From positions 1-32,000 of the forward strand of contig VENI01000008.1 in NCBI GenBank assembly GCA_009711615.1: a DNA stretch of 32,000 nt, in the 5' to 3' direction. Positions 7,570 through 13,896 of the stretch are shown here, piece after piece. Source of the stretch: Bacillota bacterium. GTDB lineage: Bacteria > Bacillota > Desulfotomaculia > Desulfotomaculales > Desulfohalotomaculaceae. The number at the start of each line of letters is the position of its first letter. Position 1 is the stretch's first letter. A program made the position numbers and the translations under genes. The notes beneath the pieces are model-generated. The model worked only from the letters and a program-made list of their open reading frames with translations, did no database searches and was not told the DNA's origin.

Positions 7570-9231
7570 TTAGGTAGGGTTATTATCAACAGAGTATGTC
7601 GCTTTAGAAATTTCTTCTATTGTGGTTAAACCAGTTACTGCCTTCTTAACGCCGTCCTGTTTCAAGGTAATCATCCCATTTTCTATAGCTATTTTGCTAA
7701 TTATATCTGTGGAAGCATTCTTATGTATGAGTTCTTTAATATCTTTATTAGCAATTAATATCTCATGAATTCCCATCCGCCCGGAGTAACCCGTTTGGCC
7801 GCAGTTGATACAGCCCTTACCCTGGTATAAAGGAGTACCCTTGTTCAGCTTAAATTCAGCCATCTCTGACTGGAGATCGTAAGTCTTCCGGCAGTCGGGG
7901 CATAAATTGCGCACCAACCTTTGGGATACCACCCCAATCAACACACTGGCCACCAAGTAAGACGGAATGCCCATATCCACCAGTCTGGTTACTGCACTGG
8001 CAGAGTCGTTGGTATGCATGGTACATAATACCAATTGCCCGGTGTTGGCGGATCTTGCTGCTATTTGGGCCGTTTCCGAATCCCTGATTTCCCCCACCAT
8101 AATTATATCCGGATCTTGCCGAAGGATTGACCGTAGTCCTGTGGCAAAATCAAGGCCGGTTCTATTATTCACTTGGATCTGATTAATGCCTTTAATGGTG
8201 TATTCCACTGGATCTTCAATGGTGACGATGTTCTTCTCAGGTGAATTTAATTGATTAAGCATGGCATATAAGGTGGTTGTTTTGCCACTACTGGTGGGGC
8301 CGGTAAGCAGTACCATTCCATGGCTTGATTTAATCAGTTTCTTAAGGGCTTCTATGTTGCTATCACTAAAGCCCAACTTGTTAATATCCATCAGGGCTGG
8401 TTTCTTCTGTAGAATGCGTATTACAACCTTTTCACCATAAACTGTAGGCATAGTAGAAATTCTTAAGTCTATTTGGTCTTGATAGATAAACCGGCCATCC
8501 TGAGGCAATCTTTTTTCAGCGATGTCTAAATTGGCCAGTATTTTAATGCGGGATACAATCAAACTGTGGGTGGTTTGGTGTAAAGTCATTAATTCTCTTA
8601 AAATACCATCTACCCGTTCCCGGACCATAACACAATCTTCTCGGGGTTCTATGTGGACGTCACTGGCCAGGTTAAAAACAGCTTGATCTAATATGGTGTT
8701 AACTAACCGGGCAACGGTGGAGTTATCTTCCTCACCGCCAATGTTATACGTGCTATTATTACCTTCATACAGCCTTGATTCATTTTCAAGCTGCCTGGCT
8801 TCAAAGTATCTGGCAATGGCGGTATCTATTTGCTGCACTGGTGCCAGCAGTGGGTTAACCTTGCATTTGGTAACCTGTTGTAGTTCATCAATAACCACCA
8901 TGTTTAGGGGGTCGACCATGGCCACCATCAATATATCTTCGTCTTTACCTATGGGAAAAACTTTATGGCGGCGCACTATGTGTTCTGGTATTATCTGCAG
9001 CAATTCTGTAGGTAGGTTTTTGGGAACCTCCGCTCGTTTTATATTAAAATGCCGCTCCAGAATATTTTTAATATCATGTTCTGATACCAACTTCCACCTT
9101 ACCAAAACGTGGCCCAGCTTTTCCTTGGTTTGTTTTTGTTCATCTAAAGCCTGGTTTAACTGTTCTACAGTGAGCAAGTTGTTGTCTATCAGCAGTTGAC
9201 CCAACTTTTTGGTATAACTGATATTAACCAT
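7570..9231 (-). CDS. pilB: PilB/GspE-family assembly ATPase with an MshEN-like N-terminal domain (cluster 1)
   Basis: Walker A GPTSSGKTTT, Asp/His boxes and a CPDC...CINC tetracysteine motif. The N-terminus has two 24-residue LGxxL(I/V)-type motifs. GGAGG lies 7 nt upstream of the ATG. Confidence 0.92.
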   Translation of the reverse strand: MVNISYTKKLGQLLIDNNLLTVEQLNQALDEQKQTKEKLGHVLVRWKLVSEHDIKNILERHFNIKRAEVPKNLPTELLQIIPEHIVRRHKVFPIGKDEDILMVAMVDPLNMVVIDELQQVTKCKVNPLLAPVQQIDTAIARYFEARQLENESRLYEGNNSTYNIGGEEDNSTVARLVNTILDQAVFNLASDVHIEPREDCVMVRERVDGILRELMTLHQTTHSLIVSRIKILANLDIAEKRLPQDGRFIYQDQIDLRISTMPTVYGEKVVIRILQKKPALMDINKLGFSDSNIEALKKLIKSSHGMVLLTGPTSSGKTTTLYAMLNQLNSPEKNIVTIEDPVEYTIKGINQIQVNNRTGLDFATGLRSILRQDPDIIMVGEIRDSETAQIAARSANTGQLVLCTMHTNDSASAVTRLVDMGIPSYLVASVLIGVVSQRLVRNLCPDCRKTYDLQSEMAEFKLNKGTPLYQGKGCINCGQTGYSGRMGIHEILIANKDIKELIHKNASTDIISKIAIENGMITLKQDGVKKAVTGLTTIEEISKATYSVDNNPT

Positions 9232-9250
9232 CTTCTAACCTCCGTAACAT

Positions 9251-10006
9251 TTACAACCCGCTTATATTTAAGTACCATTTAATGAGCTGGTTTCCGTAAA
9301 AAGCAGATATTAACCCGCCCAGCGCTAAGTATGGGCCAAAGGGCACTGCATCTTTTCTGCCTTTAAGTTTAGTTACTAAAAGAAAGATACCGATCAAACC
9401 ACCCGCTAGAAAGGAAATAAATAATGCCAGTAAAGCGTTCTGCCAACCCAAAAACAAACCTATTACAGCTGCCAATTTAATATCGCCGCCACCCATACCA
9501 CCTTTAGATACCACCGCAATTACCAGCAATATTAGCCCAGCAACAAAGAAACCGATAATTCCACTAATGAATTGGTTAAAAGAAGATAATATTATAAAGG
9601 GTAGACCTATCAAAGAACCCACCAATAGTATTTTATCGGGGATAATTTGATGGTAGATATCAATTACCGTTACAGCTATCAGAATGGAAACAAAAGACCA
9701 CATAGAAACCGTCTGCCACTGCCAGCCCCAGTGTAGATAGGTAGCAAGAAACAGTACTGCAGTGAGTAGTTCCACCAGGGGGTATTGAATCGAAATTTTT
9801 TCATCACAGCTACGGCAGCGACCTTTTAGGAATATATAGCTAAAAATAGGTATTAAATCCATTGCCCCTAGTTTTTTTTCACACTGGGGGCAGTGTGAAG
9901 GCTTGTACACCACTGATTCCTGATATGGTATCCGGCAGATACAGACATTTAAAAAACTACCCATACAAGCACCCAATAAGGTAACTATTATCTCAACCAT
10001 AAACAA
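9251..10006 (-). CDS. pilD: Prepilin peptidase / N-methyltransferase (peptidase A24), the only copy in the window
   Basis: CxxC...CxxC N-terminal zinc motif (CRIPYQ..CPQC..CRSC), multiple TM helices and a GGGDIKL active-site motif. The ORF-track start is TTG; an ATG two codons downstream (10000) is an alternative. Confidence 0.9.
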   Translation of the reverse strand: MFMVEIIVTLLGACMGSFLNVCICRIPYQESVVYKPSHCPQCEKKLGAMDLIPIFSYIFLKGRCRSCDEKISIQYPLVELLTAVLFLATYLHWGWQWQTVSMWSFVSILIAVTVIDIYHQIIPDKILLVGSLIGLPFIILSSFNQFISGIIGFFVAGLILLVIAVVSKGGMGGGDIKLAAVIGLFLGWQNALLALFISFLAGGLIGIFLLVTKLKGRKDAVPFGPYLALGGLISAFYGNQLIKWYLNISGL

Positions 10007-10151
10007 ATTGCCTCCGCTATTTCATATTTTTCTTTGAGCTATATTTCTACACTTATACTCATTTTTCCTATACCACAAAACAAGATTATAAATTAAGTTA
10101 AATAGCATTCTTAAATAACTATCAATCATACTATATGACTTTACATAATAT

Positions 10152-10183
10152 AAAAAGAGCGCTCAGCTAAAATCTGAGTGCCC
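10152..10183 (-). terminator. Rho-independent terminator ending cluster 2
   Basis: Minus-strand RNA GGGCACUCAG-AUUUUAG-CUGAGCGCUC followed by UUUUUA (one A.C mismatch and one G.U pair). It lies 19 nt past the stop at 10202. Confidence 0.6.
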
Positions 10184-10201
10184 TTATTAATAGAATATGG
10201 T

Positions 10202-10732
10202 TTAATTTGTAATGATAATAACTTTTGCCTTATCTGCTTCTATGTCTCCACCTTCAATTTCATCACCATCATCTATGTTTATATTTAATATTTGCAATTC
10301 CTTACTAATTTCGAAAGTTTGGCCGTCTTTTTCAGCCTGTATTGTATACTCTAAAAAATTCTTGTCTGTTTTAACAAATTTTATATCATAAGTTATATCA
10401 CTAGAACTAAATCCTAAAAGATTAGTAGCTGACCCATCCTTATAATGCATTAATTTGTCAGTATTTATATAGATAGCTTCATCAGAAATAGTATCAGGAA
10501 CATTTTCCATAATCTCCACATAACTGGCGTAGCGAACAATACTCTCAATACGTTCACTGGCACTGCGGACGTTAAACTGCAATTCTGACTGTCCGGATGC
10601 AACATCGAATGATTTGTTCACATAAAAATGGAAAGAGAACCCAACAGCCAGTACCATACTAACAATGGCAAGGGCAAGTAACATTTCAATTAAAGTGATT
10701 CCCTTTTCTTCTTTAACTAATAGAGAAAACAG
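10202..10732 (-). CDS. Minor pilin whose class III signal peptide lies upstream of the first ATG; proposed CTG start at 10732
   Basis: The frame is open from the TAA at 10738..10736 and encodes (L)FSLLVKEEKG | ITLIEMLLALAIVSMVLAVG. GGGGGAG lies 6 nt upstream of the CTG. The ORF track starts at the ATG at 10684, inside the hydrophobic helix. Confidence 0.6.
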   Translation of the reverse strand: MFSLLVKEEKGITLIEMLLALAIVSMVLAVGFSFHFYVNKSFDVASGQSELQFNVRSASERIESIVRYASYVEIMENVPDTISDEAIYINTDKLMHYKDGSATNLLGFSSSDITYDIKFVKTDKNFLEYTIQAEKDGQTFEISKELQILNINIDDGDEIEGGDIEADKAKVIIITN

Positions 10733-10735
10733 TTG

Positions 10736-11119
10736 TTACTCCCCCTCTATAAATGAAGATAAGGTAACATGACGTTCTCCGTCCTGGTAAAAGACCACCA
10801 CCGTTACGTTGTAACCATCTACCCCCTCAACATTTGCTTCCTCCACAGAAAAATTCATATCTCGATTTTGATATGTCTCTACATTTTCAGGATTACTTAC
10901 ATATTCCGAGTCACTATCATAACCGTCCATGGAAAAGTACAGCTTTTCCAGCTTTTTTTCCGCCTCAGCAACAGCTTTACTTTTTTGGCCGTCCTCAAAT
11001 ATGCTTGTAATACTCCACCCAAAAAAAGTTGTAAAGGAAATTGTAAGTATAGTCAATACTGCTATAGCCACCAATAGTTCTACCAGTGTAAACCCCTTTT
11101 GCGAGAAATATTCTTTCAT
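10736..11119 (-). CDS. Minor pilin with prepilin-type signal
   Basis: MKEYFSQKG | FTLVELLVAIAVLTILTISF. Confidence 0.8.
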   Translation of the reverse strand: MKEYFSQKGFTLVELLVAIAVLTILTISFTTFFGWSITSIFEDGQKSKAVAEAEKKLEKLYFSMDGYDSDSEYVSNPENVETYQNRDMNFSVEEANVEGVDGYNVTVVVFYQDGERHVTLSSFIEGE

Positions 11120-11193
11120 AACTTACATCCCCTTACTCTGGTTTAGTCACCACTCATTTTTTCCCTTATCAGCATCGTTTTCCGACTAAATAA

Positions 11194-12687
11194 TTATATT
11201 TTTATCCAGGTGCCTTTTCCGCGCCAACTGGAGCTAGTTTCCTCCTGTTCTTGCTCAGGTTTAAAAAGTGATGGGGGGCCACTTTCACCCCAGTCCAGTG
11301 AGTTAAAGAATGTAGTATCTATTGAATTATCTGCTTTTATCCGAGAGTTACCAGTTAAAGTGCCCTCTTTAACTACAGCAGTACCTCTAATAATTCCGCT
11401 TCCTGTAACCTTAAGATCTGCATTTGGTGCATACATAAGCAAAGGATAACCATCCGCATTTCCAGATACAGAAACCTTAGACCCACCTGTAATAATATTT
11501 CCATCAATATTATTACTTCCAGATAAAGATACATTTGCACTTTGTGCAAAAATAGAACCTACGAATGCTGTGTTTCCAGCAAATTTAAGCTTTTGCTTAC
11601 CTTTCTTGTCACCTTTGTAGTAAATATCTAAAGAATTATTATTTCCACCGTTATTTACTTTACTACCTCCACCAATACTAAAGTCGTTTTCAACGTATAT
11701 CTTAAGCTTTCCCTCTCCCTGTAATACGATTTTACCTTGTTTTATATCTAGATTTTTTACACGCAACACTCTATCTTCACCATCTAGCTTAATGACAAGA
11801 GTACGATTACCCCTAACAGTAATTGAACCGTAACTACCAAACTGGTAATAGCCATCGTCAGTACTTTCATTATCACTTATTTCATAATACTCTCCTGAAA
11901 TCCACTTTGTATCTAAATCTCCTCTATATTCTAAGTTCTTGGGAAATTGCGGAAAAGCAGGCAGAGGATAACTACGGGTTGAAGATAGATTAAGAATTTC
12001 TCCATCAGGTATATTGGTTGCTGGACTCTTTTTAAATTTGACCACTTCATTCCAATCAGCATCGGGACCAATATAAAGATTGCCGTTTTTAATAAAAGTG
12101 GAAGAAGCAAAATCTACACTATTTCGTTCTACCGAGTTAGTTAGCACATCACCGTTTATACCAGCACTACCCTTAAAAGTTAAACCTTCATCTGAAAACA
12201 ATGCTATAGATGAACCAGTACCTCCAGTACCGCCACCGCTACCTCCAGTACCGCCATTATTAATATCTCCTCGGGCAATGGCAAACTTTAAGTCGCTTTC
12301 TGCAGCCGTAGCCCCAGTTGCCTCACCTTTTCTTACAATACCAAGGGACTCAATAATAAAATTATCACTTTCATCTAATAAAACTCCAAATTTAATATTG
12401 TAATCATCTGTTTCTTCTTGGCCAATATCATCTAGTTTCCCATAAAATTGTTTTTTCTCGTTTATGGATAGGTCATCAAAATAACCATCTTTAATAAGAC
12501 CTACAGCCATTTCTACACCTGACCGTGCAAAGTAATAGGCCTGGGTTTGATTTTCATCCGTTTCAGAAGATAAAGTTTCTTGGGCACTGGCCTGCCACAC
12601 TGTAGCACCTAATAGAGATGTAACAGTAAGAATAACGAGGACTGAAACCAGAGCTATACCTTTTTCATTTTTAATATACCTAAACAT
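11194..12687 (-). CDS. Large pilus-associated protein: PilX_N-like anchor, Gly-rich linker and a predicted beta-helix/repeat domain (candidate tip adhesin)
   Basis: The start is moved to the ATG at 12687, which has AAGGAGGGTGG 5 nt upstream. Sequence elements: MFRYIKNEKGIALVSVLVILTVTSLLGA, YYFARSGVEMAVGLI, GGTGGSGGGTGGTGSS, then repetitive G/N/S-rich strands (SGSNNIDGNIITGGSKVSVSGNADG). Confidence 0.55.
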   Translation of the reverse strand: MFRYIKNEKGIALVSVLVILTVTSLLGATVWQASAQETLSSETDENQTQAYYFARSGVEMAVGLIKDGYFDDLSINEKKQFYGKLDDIGQEETDDYNIKFGVLLDESDNFIIESLGIVRKGEATGATAAESDLKFAIARGDINNGGTGGSGGGTGGTGSSIALFSDEGLTFKGSAGINGDVLTNSVERNSVDFASSTFIKNGNLYIGPDADWNEVVKFKKSPATNIPDGEILNLSSTRSYPLPAFPQFPKNLEYRGDLDTKWISGEYYEISDNESTDDGYYQFGSYGSITVRGNRTLVIKLDGEDRVLRVKNLDIKQGKIVLQGEGKLKIYVENDFSIGGGSKVNNGGNNNSLDIYYKGDKKGKQKLKFAGNTAFVGSIFAQSANVSLSGSNNIDGNIITGGSKVSVSGNADGYPLLMYAPNADLKVTGSGIIRGTAVVKEGTLTGNSRIKADNSIDTTFFNSLDWGESGPPSLFKPEQEQEETSSSWRGKGTWIKI

Positions 12688-12993
12688 AACAACCACCCTC
12701 CTTACGAAGGTACAATAATACAAATTTCCAACGGGTGCCTAAGTAAATTAACTTCTAACATTCCCTCGCAAACACCACCAGATTCATTATTGCTTATTAT
12801 AATATCACAATTTTTGGTTTTCTCAGTATTTTTTCTAAATTTTCTTTATTTTATATTAATTACCAATTAACTTACTACATAAAAAATATTTTCTATAAAG
12901 TATAATAAAACCCCTTCTACAAGATGAAAATACTCTTAAAATTTGCTTTTGAGTCAGTTGTTTGATGAGTATTAAAAGATTTTTAATTTATTG

Positions 12994-13305
12994 TTAATTC
13001 CATTTATGTAATATAATCCATCTAAAGTGTAACACCATCACCCCAATTTTTGCATACAGCAAATAATTTAACACTGATTGCAGCCATGACACTTTGTTTC
13101 TCGCCCAATATAAAAACAAACAAGCTGCAGCCATATATAATACAACTAAGCAAACGGTCAATAAGCTGTTTGTTTCAAATAAACTGGCCAAAAAGGGGTT
13201 GGCTTCTTGTATTGCTTTAAGGGACAAACCGTAATAAGTAAAAAGAATATCGGCAATTGTTAATAAAAATATTAATAGTAGGATATGCAAAACAATAACT
13301 CCCAT
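12994..13305 (-). CDS. Small (about 100 aa) three-TM membrane protein; resembles the DUF5658 family (tentative)
   Basis: Hydrophobic ORF with ADILFTYYGLSL...QEANPF, which I recall as D..T...G..E.NP in DUF5658. The ATG at 13305 has no SD. A TTG at 13290 has GGGAG 8 nt upstream. Confidence 0.45.
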   Translation of the reverse strand: MGVIVLHILLLIFLLTIADILFTYYGLSLKAIQEANPFLASLFETNSLLTVCLVVLYMAAACLFLYWARNKVSWLQSVLNYLLYAKIGVMVLHFRWIILHKWN

Positions 13306-13314
13306 TTTTATTTA

Positions 13315-13335
13315 TAACTTAACCATGTTAAGTTA
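13315..13335. repeat. Perfect 9-3-9 palindrome TAACTTAAC-cat-GTTAAGTTA
   Basis: Read directly. It lies 10 nt upstream of the small membrane-protein ORF and downstream of the pilA terminator. Candidate operator or RNA hairpin. Confidence 0.5.
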
Positions 13336-13384
13336 ATTGAATACACCACTTAAAATAAGCGGCTGGAAGCTGTTTTGCGAAGCT

Positions 13385-13422
13385 AAAAAACGAGGGAAGC
13401 ACATTAAATGTACTTCCCTTCG
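13385..13422 (-). terminator. Strong Rho-independent terminator after the major pilin gene
   Basis: Minus-strand RNA CGAAGGGAAGUAC-AUUUAAU-GUGCUUCCCUCG (12 bp, one bulged A) followed by UUUUUU. Confidence 0.78.
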
Positions 13423-13472
13423 TGATAATTCAATAAGTTAAAAAGTTTGGTAACTAGCATCTAACCTCTTGT

Positions 13473-13871
13473 TTAAGGTTTAGTTACTACTACTGTCCCA
13501 TCAGTGTTAATAGTTACAGTATATGTTGTTCCAGAGGTTGCATCCTCGGGTACAGCCGGAAATGGTGCCTGCACCCAATTTTGCCATGCGTAAACGGAAT
13601 CATCATCAGTATTAGTTGCACCACCACTTGTATCACCTGTCCAAACAAATGTATCGGAAGGTCTACCATGGGTTGCAACTGCTGTATTTGCTGCTCCTTG
13701 TAAGATTCTTTGGTTTGCGGCATCTGCATTATTTGCTGCATTTGTTTGTACTGAATTATACACCGGAACCGCAATTCCAGCTAAAATACCAATAATAACT
13801 ACAACTACCATCAGTTCCACCAAGGTGAAACCTTTATTATTTTTCAGTGAACGAGATATTTTGTTTAACAT
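13473..13871 (-). CDS. pilA: Major type IV pilin of cluster 2
   Basis: MLNKISRSLKNNKG | FTLVELMVVVVIIGILAGIAVP. The ATG at 13871 has GGGGGTGA 5 nt upstream; the ORF-track start at 13904 would overlap the preceding gene. It is followed by a strong terminator. The mature protein is about 118 aa with no Cys. Confidence 0.85.
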   Translation of the reverse strand: MLNKISRSLKNNKGFTLVELMVVVVIIGILAGIAVPVYNSVQTNAANNADAANQRILQGAANTAVATHGRPSDTFVWTGDTSGGATNTDDDSVYAWQNWVQAPFPAVPEDATSGTTYTVTINTDGTVVVTKP

Positions 13872-13896
13872 ATCTTTCACCCCCTTCCTCATAAAA

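Noticed and set aside
8693-9199. 168-aa plus-strand ORF. Similar antisense ORFs lie at 173..418, 847..1111, 6496..6882, 6934..7359, 11210..11449, 12080..12403, 19120..19428, 21245..21568, 22874..23191, 25906..26346 and 31350..31718.
   Set aside because: All lie entirely antisense to, or out of frame within, genes with clear family signatures. They have Ser/Leu/Cys-rich low-complexity composition, no SD, and no recognisable motifs. They are typical shadow ORFs.
10007-10151. A second riboswitch or structured leader upstream of pilD (cluster 1).
   Set aside because: The region is AT-rich, with only weak promoter-like hexamers (for example TATAAT at 10085..10090 on the minus strand). It contains none of the conserved GEMM-I or c-di-GMP-II sequence blocks that I can recognise.
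10736-10738. Stop-codon read-through fusing the two minor pilins, whose genes are in the same frame.
   Set aside because: The downstream protein carries its own complete prepilin signal, which would be meaningless in the middle of a fusion. Separate initiation at the CTG with an SD is the simpler reading.
12724-12993. The 270-nt gap upstream of the adhesin gene considered as a riboswitch, sRNA or small gene.
   Set aside because: No conserved aptamer motif is present. Only trivial short hairpins and a 13-codon ORF were found. It is probably an internal promoter or leader region, but I cannot support a specific call.
13514-13774. 86-aa alternative-frame ORF inside pilA on the same strand.
   Set aside because: It is out of frame with a pilin that has a complete leader/G|FTLVE signal and an SD. 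The alternative product is Q/M-rich with no start context.
13473-13871. PilA2 considered as a conductive (Geobacter-type) e-pilin because of several aromatic residues.
   Set aside because: The mature protein is about 118 aa with a full globular C-terminal domain, unlike the truncated 61-aa Geobacter PilA. The aromatic spacing cannot be evaluated from sequence alone.
13872-13896. Searched for a missing secretin barrel or a frameshifted remnant after the PilQ-like ORF.
   Set aside because: Only 25 nt separate its stop from the pilA start, and they contain the pilA SD. No other frame in 13473..13897 encodes anything secretin-like.
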